A DNA stretch of 64,000 nt. It comes from Octopus sinensis (taxonomy: Eukaryota). Below, one piece after another: positions 13,550 to 23,460 of this stretch (position 1 is the stretch's first letter; each line of letters begins with the position of its first letter). The DNA lies in assembly GCF_006345805.1 (NCBI RefSeq), contig NC_042997.1, positions 150,598,001 to 150,662,000 of the forward strand, in the 5' to 3' direction. The notes below the pieces were generated by a model. It ran no database searches. It was not told where the DNA came from and worked only from the letters and a program-made list of their open reading frames with translations. Both the position numbers and the translations under genes were made by a program.

Positions 13550-14165
13550 TATTTTGTAATCTAGGCACAAGGCAAGGATTTTCGGGTGGTGATGGGTGCA
13601 GGTGATTAGATCGACCTCAGTATGTAACTGGTAATTAATTTATCGACTCCGAAAGAATGAAAGGCAAAGTCGACCTCGGCGGATTTTGAACTCATAACAT
13701 AAAACAGATGAAATACCACTACGCATTTCTCCCGACGTACTAACGTTTCTTATTTCTTTATTGCCTACAAGGGGCTAAACACAGAGGGACAAACAAGGAC
13801 AGACAAAGGGATTAAGTCTATTACATCGAGCCAAGTGCGTAACTGGTACTTAATTTATTGACCCCGAAATTATGAAAGGCAAAGTCGATCTCGGCGGAAT
13901 TTGAATTCAGAACGTAGCGGCAGACGGAATACCTAATTCTTTATTACCCACAAGGGGCTAAACACAGACAGGACAAACAAGGACAGACAAACGGATTAAG
14001 TAGATTATATGGACCCCAGTGCGTAACTGGTACTTTTTCATTGACCCAGAAATGATGAAAGGCAAAATCGACCTCGGCGGAATTTGAATTCAGAACGTAG
14101 CGGCACACGAAATACTGCTAAGCATTTCGCCAGGCGTGCTAACGTTTCTACCAGCTCGCCGCCTT
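13550..14165 (-). mobile_element. SINE family A tandem array (three units; the terminal unit has a different, older tail)
   Basis: Minus-strand junctions GAATTA|GGTATTCC and GAAATA|AGAAACGTTAG; the last unit ends ...CCTTGCCTTGTGCCTAGATTACAAAATAAT. Confidence 0.9.
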
Positions 14166-14623
14166 CCAAACGTCATTGCATTGTATATTGTACTGCGAGT
14201 AAAATAAGATACAGAAAAACAGTGTCGAAGCGCATCAGACCAATTAATGCTATTATTTAAAATGCCAAACGTGTTACACAATGTCATGTTGAACCTGTGC
14301 TTACATTAGTTATAATAAGGCTACGTATCTCAGTGGAATGTGGAGTCGCATGACTGACTCAAATGTTAAAATCTTGAACTCATGACCGAAAGAGTGTGGT
14401 TCTGTTTCATGAACAGAGCAGCGAGTTGGGTTCTTAATCAAAGAACCTTCATTTCACGTTGTCCCATTCTATTCAGCTGGTAAAGCTAGCCCCTTCCAGC
14501 AGTTGGGGAAGTATATAAGCCAATGAAACGAGGAAACCGGCTTTATGAGCCTATATGGCTTGGAAAGAAGTTTTATTCTTTTTTTATTTATCTTAGAGGA
14601 ATATTCAGCCATTTACAATTTAG

Positions 14624-15008
14624 TCTTTTACTCTTTTACTTGTTTCAGTCATTTGACTACGGCCATGCTGGAGCACCGCCTTTAATCGAGCAACTCGACC
14701 CCGGGACTTATTCTTTTGTAAGCCCAGTACTTGTTCTATCGGTCTCTTTTGCCGAACCGCTAAGTAACGGGGACGTAAACACACCAACATCGGTTGTCAA
14801 GCAATGCTAAGGGGACAAACACAGACACACAAACGCACACACGTATATATATACATACATATATATACGACGGGCTTCTCTTAGTTTCCGTCTACCAAAT
14901 CCACTCACAAGGCTTTGGTCGGCCCGAGGCTATAGGAGAAGACACTTGCCCAAGGTGCCACGCAGTGGGACTGAACCTGGAACCATGTGGTTGGTAATCA
15001 AGCTACTT
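14624..15008 (-). mobile_element. SINE family B body; its 5' head is displaced to 20453-20484 by the LINE insertion
   Basis: Joining 20484-20453 to 15008-14624 restores the sequence seen uninterrupted at 41968 (GGAGTGGCTGTGTGGTAAGTAGCTTG..ACCAACCACATG.TTCC.GGTTCAGTCCCACTGCGTGGCAC). Confidence 0.92.
14999..15008. other. Left copy of the 10-bp target-site duplication CAAGCTACTT
   Basis: Exact repeat at 20453-20462 on the other side of the LINE. Confidence 0.9.
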
Positions 15009-15236
15009 TATTTCATATAATTTGCCATTTAGGCATTTACAAAGAGGGGACAAACAAGGACAGACAAATATAAAGGGTGAAGTAGCTTAACACAGTTACA
15101 ATTTTCGAATGAAATTACGGATAAGATTATAAACAATGAATTTTACGAAGGCAATGTTTAAAAATATTAATGATCATGTCGAAGGACGGACACCCGGCCA
15201 TCCGGGTAGAACCTTTACTTTCTGATCCGGTCACAC

Positions 15237-17141
15237 TTACCTGGTGCCAAACATACCCATCTTGTATGCCACAGGCTTCCATCTTTTCACAAACATATCT
15301 CGTGACAGACACCTCTTCTCCAGCCTGATTTTGCTACTGAGGTGGTAACTAAAAAAGTTAATCAACCCCTGGCCGGAGACAAAGGTGCCTGTCACTATAC
15401 CTTTCGTACGCGTCTTCCATACTGTTTCTTTCAGTATGGCTACTACACAGAAAAAACAAGCCTTTCTTTCCCTGTTAAGGAAAGGGGGCGGCACAGTCTC
15501 GATGATAGACTCAGCTGATAGCTGTATTCTTCCTATCACTGACAACAGTTGTTCAACAAAAGCTATCAGTCCCGATAACTCCGGACACTCCACGAATGCG
15601 TGCAAGACGGTCTCCCTATCCTGCTCACATCGCGGGCATGTCGGCGAGACGGCACCACCGTGCCTTGACAGCTTGTCGCGAACAGGTAAAGCCGCACGGA
15701 AACACTGCCAGGCCAGGGATTTCTGGTAATTATCCAGATACCCCGGCCCGAACGTCCTCCGGAACAGGTTGACCAACTGATTTTCATCGTAGCCCAGGGT
15801 CTCCCCCAAGGCGTCTTCGGACTTAATTTCCACTAACCCGCTATAGAAATCCGTGGTGGAACTCCTGCTGCCGGCGTTTCCCACCCGAAATAGTAGCTGG
15901 AGCGCCTGACGGCACTCCAAATGCCATTCACTCAGTTTAGGTCTCCGCTTGATCCATGCACCGATGTCCGTTAGGGATGTTAACTGGGGAAGGTAGAACC
16001 GGACGTGCGGCGACCACACCTGCTCTCCATCCAGGTAAAGCCAGAGGTGCCTCAACCTTAACGCGAGTTTTCGCATCCTCAGCCAAGGCATCCCTAGCCC
16101 ACCCTTTAGCGGTTTCTGGCAGCAGACAGAGCGCTTTACAAGTGGCTTTCCTCCTTTCCACAAAAATCGGAAAAGGATTCTCTCCAACTTGTTCAGCCAC
16201 AAATCGGGGCAAGGCACCACGGTCAGACGGTAGGTGATTACTGATGCTATAAACATCTGCACCACCTCCGCCTTCCCTAGCTGGGATAACGCCCGCCCAG
16301 ACCAGGTTTGGGTTAGAGCGGTCACCTTGTTGGCCACCTCACTCCAATTTTTCTCAATCTGGAGGTCTGGCCCGTACCAGACTCCGAGCAGCTTAACAGG
16401 ACCTTCCGTCCAACGCCCTACGACGTTATTGGACGGCATCGGCTTGCCCCTCCAGGTGCCGAGTTGCAAACCGACCGACTTGTCCTTGTTAACCTTTGCT
16501 CCTGCCACCGCCTCGTAGATTTTGATGGCCTCTTCCACCACTGGAAGCTGGCCTTCGTCTGCCACGATGATGGAGGTGTCATCCGCATACGCCGTAGCTC
16601 CTCTTCCACACCATAGATCATGCGGCGCGCCCCCTAGTGCCTCCAACTTCCGCAGCAAAGGCTCAAGAGCCAATACGTATAGGAGCGAGGACAAGGGACA
16701 CCCTTGACGAACTGAACGCTCGATCCTGAACGGCTTCGAAAAGGAACCGTTCACCTTGACTACAGACTCGATGTCGCTATACAAAGCAGCGATCCAACCT
16801 CGAAAGGTCGGGCCTAGGCCAGCCTCTCCGAGGACCGCCGCCAGGTACCGATGGTCGACCCTATCAAATGCTTTGGACTGGTCTAAATGTACCAGTGCTC
16901 CCCCTGCGCCAGAAAGCTTCCCCACCCTCTCTAAGGAGTAGCGTATAAGGTGGAGATTGTCGTGGATCGTTCTGCCGGGGATAGCGCACGTTTGCGCTTC
17001 CCCGACAAGTTTGTCCACGACCCGTGCCAACCTTTTTGCTAGCAGCTTGGCCAGAATCTTTAACTCTGTGTTTAACAGAGTTATGGGCCTGAAGTTCCCT
17101 ATCTCGTCCCACTTGTTCGGGTCCTTCCTGATCAACGTCAC
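15237..17141 (-). CDS. LINE ORF2, reverse transcriptase and C-terminal zinc finger (downstream of a 1-bp frameshift)
   Basis: FRPITLLN, LDQSKAFDRVDH, RQGCPLS, AYADD motifs; CPRCEQDRETVLHAFVEC = CX2CX8HX4C. Confidence 0.95.
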   Translation of the reverse strand: MTLIRKDPNKWDEIGNFRPITLLNTELKILAKLLAKRLARVVDKLVGEAQTCAIPGRTIHDNLHLIRYSLERVGKLSGAGGALVHLDQSKAFDRVDHRYLAAVLGEAGLGPTFRGWIAALYSDIESVVKVNGSFSKPFRIERSVRQGCPLSSLLYVLALEPLLRKLEALGGAPHDLWCGRGATAYADDTSIIVADEGQLPVVEEAIKIYEAVAGAKVNKDKSVGLQLGTWRGKPMPSNNVVGRWTEGPVKLLGVWYGPDLQIEKNWSEVANKVTALTQTWSGRALSQLGKAEVVQMFIASVITYRLTVVPCPDLWLNKLERILFRFLWKGGKPLVKRSVCCQKPLKGGLGMPWLRMRKLALRLRHLWLYLDGEQVWSPHVRFYLPQLTSLTDIGAWIKRRPKLSEWHLECRQALQLLFRVGNAGSRSSTTDFYSGLVEIKSEDALGETLGYDENQLVNLFRRTFGPGYLDNYQKSLAWQCFRAALPVRDKLSRHGGAVSPTCPRCEQDRETVLHAFVECPELSGLIAFVEQLLSVIGRIQLSAESIIETVPPPFLNRERKACFFCVVAILKETVWKTRTKGIVTGTFVSGQGLINFFSYHLSSKIRLEKRCLSRDMFVKRWKPVAYKMGMFGTR

Positions 17142-18637
17142 CGCCCCCGGCTCGCAGACTTGGGAATTCTCCCATTCTGCTGCCAGTTGGTGTAGACGCT
17201 AGCCAGCAGGTGCCCGAACAAGTCTGGCATACTTCTATAAAATTCATAGGGCAGACCATCGAGACCCGGCGACTTCTCCCCGGGGCACTTGCCCAACACC
17301 TCGATTACTTCCTCGGCTGTGATTGGCCCTTCACAGCACTCAGCCTCTCGTGTCGAGAGGCGCAGGCCACCAGACAGGAGGTCCCTAAGGGCCTGACCAT
17401 GATCCAGCGTCCCGCACCTCCCGAACAACTCGGCGAAGTGCTTGTGAAGTGCCTCACACATCTCGTCCCGGTTCTTGATCGTGCATCCGTTTTCATCAAC
17501 AAGAGACCCAATTGTGGCATCGTTTCCACGCTGTGTTTCTATCGTACGGGCCCATCCGGCAACATTAATTCCCTCACGGCCCAATGCTCGTACTTTAGCC
17601 CGGACTCTACATCCCTCATGTTTGGTTTTGAGGTAACGGTCTAATGCCGTTCTCGCCGCTAAAATGTGAGATGCAGAGCCCAACCTCAACGCCTCCTCTA
17701 AGTTCTTAACTAGTTGCCCTTCTATTCTAGCCCTATCTAGTCTTAGTTGTTTACTAAATCTAATGGACTCGAATCGAATGGCTCTTTTGAGGGTGAACCA
17801 CCACCGGTTATTAACCACGGCTCCGGTTAACGCCCTCTGCACTAACACCTTAATCCGGCTACGGTATGTCTCGCGTGTCAAAATAGACTTGTTCAGCTTC
17901 CAGTAGCCGGTTCCTATCTTAAGTGTGCTATCTATGTCCAGTCTACACGTGACCATTCTATGGTCAGTATAGGGCACCTGGACGAGCTGTGGACAACTAA
18001 AACTAGACTTATCTCTAGTTCTTATCACTATCCTGTCTAGATAAGACTTGAACCTTCCGTCGCCACTCATCCAGGTCCACTCTGGGACGTTCGGATGGTC
18101 AAGTCTGTAACGATCTGCTAGCTGAAACCGCTTAAGCAGATCCACGAGACGTGAGTTCACTTTCCTATAGATCGAGCCAACGCTATCGATGTGTACGTCA
18201 ACGATAGCATTAAAGTCCCCTAATATCACTAAAGTCTTCGACGTCACGAGAAAGCCCTCTAGGCGCCGATAAAAATCAGTTTGGAAACCTCTAGCACAAG
18301 GTGCATAGAGTCCGATCAACCTGAAGGCCTTACTGCTGTATGTCACATCAAGGACGACCAGCCCACCTTCTGGGTCTACATACACTGTACTTGTCTGTAG
18401 AGCTAAGTCTTTACGGATCAGTACCACTACGCCCCCTCGCCCTCCGGTCTGGCCAGGAGACATGATTTTCTCGTAGCCATTCAGGAGAGACGAGAAGGTT
18501 TGTAGGCCGTCCAGCTTGGTCTCTGTAGCAACCATCACATGTATATCATGTGATCTGAGGTCGTCGAGGAAACAAGCCTGCTTCCACTTCGAACTCAGAC
18601 CACGCACATTTAAACAACCAAGGTTAAGCGAAGCCAT
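17138..18637 (-). CDS. LINE ORF2, apurinic-like endonuclease and linker
   Basis: LNVRGL, VATETKL, GDFNA, YLDRI, TDH and GxDGLPxEFY motifs; one extra G in the C5 run at 17144-17148 fuses it to the RT frame (SRG-AVTLIRKD). Confidence 0.95.
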   Translation of the reverse strand: MASLNLGCLNVRGLSSKWKQACFLDDLRSHDIHVMVATETKLDGLQTFSSLLNGYEKIMSPGQTGGRGGVVVLIRKDLALQTSTVYVDPEGGLVVLDVTYSSKAFRLIGLYAPCARGFQTDFYRRLEGFLVTSKTLVILGDFNAIVDVHIDSVGSIYRKVNSRLVDLLKRFQLADRYRLDHPNVPEWTWMSGDGRFKSYLDRIVIRTRDKSSFSCPQLVQVPYTDHRMVTCRLDIDSTLKIGTGYWKLNKSILTRETYRSRIKVLVQRALTGAVVNNRWWFTLKRAIRFESIRFSKQLRLDRARIEGQLVKNLEEALRLGSASHILAARTALDRYLKTKHEGCRVRAKVRALGREGINVAGWARTIETQRGNDATIGSLVDENGCTIKNRDEMCEALHKHFAELFGRCGTLDHGQALRDLLSGGLRLSTREAECCEGPITAEEVIEVLGKCPGEKSPGLDGLPYEFYRSMPDLFGHLLASVYTNWQQNGRIPKSASRGR

Positions 18638-18654
18638 TACAAAAAGTAAAAGTT

Positions 18655-18966
18655 CTACTTACATTTCGTTGGAGAGGTGGGGGCCGACCTCACCACACGT
18701 TTGTGGGCCCCTTCTTTCTCCTCTTTCTTCAGATAGTCCGGCAAGTTCGCGATATGCCGGATGGCGTTTGGGTGTCTGTCTTTTAATTGTTTGAACGTTG
18801 TTTCCGCAATCCACGCGTGTCTATTTCGATCTTTGTATTTGTTGTACAGTCTTGCTGACTGATGCTTAACCACAATATCGTTTATGTATTTGTCTTGTGT
18901 GTCGAATTCAATTAATATGAGTTCATTTTCTTTTTTGTCTTCTTTTTCTGGGCCAGTTGAGCGGGA
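18655..18966 (-). CDS. Probable C-terminal extension of LINE ORF1 in the -1 frame
   Basis: Open frame of about 103 codons (PEKEDKKENELILIEFDTQDKYINDIVVKHQSARL...PTKCK) overlapping the ORF1 end; a later in-frame TAA overlaps the ORF2 ATG (TAATG, 18639-18635). Confidence 0.6.
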   Translation of the reverse strand, partial: SRSTGPEKEDKKENELILIEFDTQDKYINDIVVKHQSARLYNKYKDRNRHAWIAETTFKQLKDRHPNAIRHIANLPDYLKKEEKEGAHKRVVRSAPTSPTKCK

Positions 18967-20081
18967 TTATTTTTCCGTGTCTGTGGTGCGTCTTTGTTTT
19001 TATTATTTTTTGTAGGGGATGTGGACGGGGATGCTGCACGAATTCTTTTACGAACTGGTGCAAATTCCCCCTCTGATACCTCCATGGTATCGTCTGGGGT
19101 AGCAATAGTTTGTTCGGTAGGCGCCGCAGGTTTTAGGGGGGTGGGAAGTTTTAATAGTGTAGGGGTTTGTGAGTGCGAGGGCTGGGTTTTTTCTTCAGTC
19201 TGTTTTGGGGTTGGCACCGTAACAGCAGGAGTGGGATTTTTTGTTTTTGTAGGGGTAGATGTGTTTGCAAGGGTAGGGAGTTTTTTATTATCTGAGGGGC
19301 CTGGTGTCTGCGGTTTCTTTTGCTTGTCTGGACAGTCTACACGAATGTGGCCCTTTTTGCCGCAGGCGTAACAGGTGGGTTTTCGGCCTTCGACCTGTAC
19401 CCTGAGGGCTACGTTCTCGCCCACGAGCACCCTCTCAGGAAGGAGCTGCAGGTCCTCCGCTGTTCCTTGAATTAATATATTAATGTTACGCCCGAGCCAA
19501 AATCGAGTGGTAGAGCATGTTACTTGAAGTATTTTTATTTTGTCCGCCCTTTTATATAACAGGGCGGCCACTACCTCTACCGGATCTACTTCCGGCGGGG
19601 CTTCTACAATCCTGACCCGGGACGTCCTGCGTCCCCTATAGCTTGGAAAAAGTACCACCTCCTTGGTTTTTAGGGGGTTCACAGAATGCCCGCGGGCCAT
19701 TTCTTCCCCCGAGAAGCGGACATCCACGGTGCCATATGTCTGTCCCCTGGCGACGTACACGATGTCCTTCAAAATCGGGGACAGGCATTTCTCGATGGTG
19801 CTTTTTTCGAAGTGTTTGAACCTTCTGCTTTGTGGACAGAAAGTTTTAAACACTACGGTCCGCTTCTCGGTCTCCACGATACTGGCGGAGGGTGATATTT
19901 TAACATCACCACCCTCCTCTTGCATTCTTTTAAATAGCTCGACGAGCTGATTGACATCGATGTCAATGTTCTCGGTAGCCACTGCGGCTACCGCAGAAAA
20001 TTTTTTAACATTGCTCTCCTCAAGAGCACTACTTTCGTGAATAATTTCAACAGGCATTATTCTGTTGAAATTAGACAACAC
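18912..20081 (-). CDS. LINE ORF1, gag-like nucleic-acid-binding protein
   Basis: 389 aa with zinc knuckle CYACGKKGHIRVDC (CX2CX4HX4C) followed by a P/T/K-rich linker. Confidence 0.92.
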   Translation of the reverse strand: MLSNFNRIMPVEIIHESSALEESNVKKFSAVAAVATENIDIDVNQLVELFKRMQEEGGDVKISPSASIVETEKRTVVFKTFCPQSRRFKHFEKSTIEKCLSPILKDIVYVARGQTYGTVDVRFSGEEMARGHSVNPLKTKEVVLFPSYRGRRTSRVRIVEAPPEVDPVEVVAALLYKRADKIKILQVTCSTTRFWLGRNINILIQGTAEDLQLLPERVLVGENVALRVQVEGRKPTCYACGKKGHIRVDCPDKQKKPQTPGPSDNKKLPTLANTSTPTKTKNPTPAVTVPTPKQTEEKTQPSHSQTPTLLKLPTPLKPAAPTEQTIATPDDTMEVSEGEFAPVRKRIRAASPSTSPTKNNKNKDAPQTRKNNPAQLAQKKKTKKKMNSY

Positions 20082-20452
20082 AAAAATTACGAATGTTGGT
20101 TTCCCACAAAACTGGGAAACCTATAGAAAGTTTTTCTTCCAAAGTAGTTCAAAAAAGCAGTTCAAAAATTCCAATTCCCACCCCCATTCGGGGGAGGGGC
20201 ACGAAAATAGTCTGGCAGGACTATATATAGTCACGTAAATAAAAAGCCACAGTGGCTAACAGTTCAACGGTAAGAAATTATTCAATTATTTCCCGGTAAA
20301 ACCGGAGGACAAGACAGTTCAGCAACGTTTAAAGGCAAATTTTCAGTAGCAGGAATTCAACAATTAACAACACAGCAAAACTCTTACCGGGAAGAAAACG
20401 CGTCCAAACCGTAGTACGGTAAGCAATGTCACTCTTCTCTCAGTGAGGTTAG

Positions 20453-20484
20453 CAAGCTACTTACCACACAGCCACTCCTGCCCC
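20453..20484 (-). mobile_element. SINE family B 5' head (A-box region) including the right TSD copy (20453-20462)
   Basis: Minus strand GGGGCAGGAGTGGCTGTGTGGTAAGTAGCTTG. Confidence 0.85.
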
Positions 20485-20919
20485 TTTTTAATACATAAAG
20501 CAAACATATATTTTGAACGAATAACAAAGACACATATTCAATGAACGTTGCAGGAGATCCATCATAAATCTAGGCAATTTTCAATTAATATTATTATCGG
20601 TGTTTTTATATTAATATGAAACAGAGACGTGTGGTAATGATAACAGAAACAGCAGTATAGAAACCTTATCACTATTTCTTTTTTTCTTCATTTCTTTCCT
20701 ATTTTGACTATCTTCTAATTCCATATTTCTCTTTATCACTTCTCTGTCTGTTTTCTTTCTCTTTCTCTCTGACCTTTTTGTTATGTTCTTGGTTTTGTTT
20801 GTTCTACGAAAATAGAATTTCGCCGACAATATTTCTCCTGTATTGATAATTATTATAGCATCTATTTATTGAAAAAGAGAGACAGACCCGGTGCCTATAT
20901 TTGAAAAGATTATCCAAAA

Positions 20920-22010
20920 AAGCAAGGACGTGGCAAGTAGGTAAACTCAGTCGCATGCTTGACAAAATGCATAACGGCTATTCTTCCAGTTTTAAAAGGT
21001 GAGTTCAAGTAGTACCAAAGCCACAGTTACTTTTCATTCTTTCAGAGCCGATAAAATAAAGTACCAGTTAAATATTGGGTCGATGTAATCAAAGTGCTCC
21101 CTATCCTAAAAATCGTTGCCCTTGTGCGAAAATTAGAATTATTAAAGCGAGGAAAGGGAGGGAGATTACTGAAAGGTTACCACGTATGACGAAACGCTAA
21201 GAGGCATTTGTTACAGCTCTTAACGTTTTGAATTGAAATACTGCCGAGATCAGATGCACTTTACATTCTCTCGGGGTCGATGAAAAAAGATACCTATCAA
21301 ACAGTAGGGTTGATGTAATCTATTAGACTTCTCCCCGACAAAAGTTAGCCTTGTTCCAAAATTCGGAAAACAGGTGGCGAACTAACATAATCGTTAACGC
21401 TTCGTATAAATTGTTTAAGACATTTCTGATAGCATTTCGATTATGATTTCATATTCTAACGAGGTTAAACGTTCCTTTACATTCTTTCGGATTCGATATG
21501 TTAAAGTACTTATGAAGTATTTGTCTCAATGTAATCAACTGACAATCCTTACCATAAAATCGATGGACTTTTGACAACAATTATTTAAAAGAGAGATCGT
21601 CTAAAAGTTATAATATAAATAACATAATAAGAATATTATTACTATTTCTAAATTCTGTCGGTACTCAACTTTGCCTTTCATTTTGCCAAGGTGGATGAAA
21701 TAAGTACCAGTGGAACACTGGAGTCGATTTAGTCGACTTAGTCCTCTCACCCAAACTTGTTGGCTGTGTACCAAAGTTTAAAACGAGTTGTATTACTATA
21801 TTTTAGGCGGCGTGTTGATAGAGTCGATAGCACGCCGGGCAAAATATTTAGCGGCATTTCGTCCATCCCTACGTTCTGATTTCAGATTCAGCCGGGGTCG
21901 ACATTGATTTCCATCTTCCCGGTGTTCGATATAATAAGACCTACATAAATGCTGGGGTCGATGTAACCGACTTTCACTCTCCTTCGAAATTGCTGGCTTT
22001 GTGTCAAACT
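20920..22010 (+). mobile_element. Cluster of old, diverged SINE family A copies
   Basis: Repeated degenerate CTTT.CATT/CCT..GGGGTCGAT..AATAAGTACCAG...GGGTCGATGTAATC blocks near 21030, 21270, 21480, 21670 and 21910. Confidence 0.7.
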
Positions 22011-22529
22011 TGAAACCAATAATGTTGTTATTTCTCTTTTCTGTTTGTTTTTTCAGTCTATCTCTCCACCACTCTGCTCTTAATAACTTTCTCGCTACTC
22101 CCCTGAAGCTTTTATTATTTGACCCATATATTTATATAATTCCACTGCTTAAATTTCACGCTACAATTAACTCTGCAACTCCTCTGTATATCAAGCACTA
22201 TTCCTAAGTTTTTATCTTCGTCACATCTTACTATCTTACTTCTATGTAGCTTAAGAGTTCTATTCGGAATCTCACAGTCCTTACTTCGAATTTACTCTAA
22301 ATAATTTGGGTCAATGTAATTTTAACTATTCTTCCTTTGATCTAAGTATTGTAAATGGAATTTGTTGTGTCTTGGGGGATGCATTACACTAATAATAATT
22401 AGACATTCTCAGTTCAATCCCATTCTTTTTTTTACTATTACCCAATTTGTTAAATAACTAACCAACTAATCGTTCGTTTCTTTAATGCAGTGATTAAACA
22501 ATCACACGTTTGTTTGTTAGTCAAATATC

Positions 22530-23460
22530 TTTCATCGCCATTCTCGGCCTCCTCAGTGACTTACCTTCTCGCTCTCAGAGGCCAGTGAAAGAGTGGATTT
22601 TGCTGAATAGTCACTCTTTTCAACATCTCTCATCTAGAATATGATAAACTTTTTTGGTCTCAAATCTCTTGAAGTTACTCAGACCTTAACTTCAGTCTCA
22701 GGATAAGCCATATATTGTGATATATTCCTTCACTTAGCAATCAGCTCTGGATGTGTTGTAAACACTTCATCGACCTTACAATTTTTACTCTTATAACATT
22801 AAAACATTTCATAAAACTGAATTATCCACGCTATCTATTTGTTCTTTTTTCTATTACACTCCACAAAATGGAAAACCCTTTCAATTCATATCACCTGTTA
22901 CAGCTGTATTGTTTCCAGACAGTTAGTTGAGGCCTATGATGGAGAACCATGTCACGAATTTGTTTGTCATTTCTTGCAGAGTGGCATCTTTCACAGCATG
23001 GTTCCAATTTTAGTATTTATTTATAAAACTCATTCACATTTTATTGTCTCTTGATAAAATTCATTCCTCTATTGTCTCTCCTATCAACATTTTCAAATTA
23101 ATATCTTTCCTATTTTTCAAAAATGCATTATTTTATTTTGTTAATATTTGTTTGCTGCACAAGCATTTGTTGGTTTTATTGTTGTTTAAATTATCTCACA
23201 CTAACTCTCTCTTTCTTTATTATTTCCCTCCTTCATTATTTGTGAGTGTGTGAGTATTTCTATATTTGATATTTGTTTTTAATTATACTAATGGAACTGT
23301 CTGGATATTTTGTTATTTTTACAGTCTATATCTTCATTATCGATCTGGAAACTTTATCATATAACTAACTACTAAATGTTTCGTCAGCATTTCTGTCTTT
23401 TACCAAAATATATTCCCTCTTAGGTCCAAGCTTGCTGACGTGTTTTATATATTTATTTTC
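22530..23460 (-). pseudogene. Decayed coding-like segment, possibly a sacsin-like C-terminus (pre-DnaJ/HEPN region)
   Basis: Minus frames with scattered stops: KLGPKREYILVKDRNADETF; FYK*ILKLEPCCERCHSARNDKQ (compare recalled sacsin HEPN NFSAARND); QYMAYPETEV. Recall-based similarity only. Confidence 0.3.

Larger units (their letters stand above)
15009..20452 (-). mobile_element. Full-length Tx1/L1-clade non-LTR retrotransposon (about 5.4 kb)
   Basis: 5' UTR of about 370 bp, gag-like ORF1 with zinc knuckle, APE+RT+C-terminal Zn-finger ORF2, 3' UTR ending GAAATA, 10-bp TSD. Confidence 0.95.

Noticed and set aside
8834-14165. CRISPR-like or tRNA-gene interpretation of the repeated units
   Set aside because: Units are about 180 bp diverged SINE bodies without unique spacers; heads are tRNA-derived but do not form a complete cloverleaf.
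15385-19950. Plus-strand and alternative-frame ORFs overlapping the LINE
   Set aside because: Shadow ORFs of GC-richer coding sequence with no recognisable motifs.
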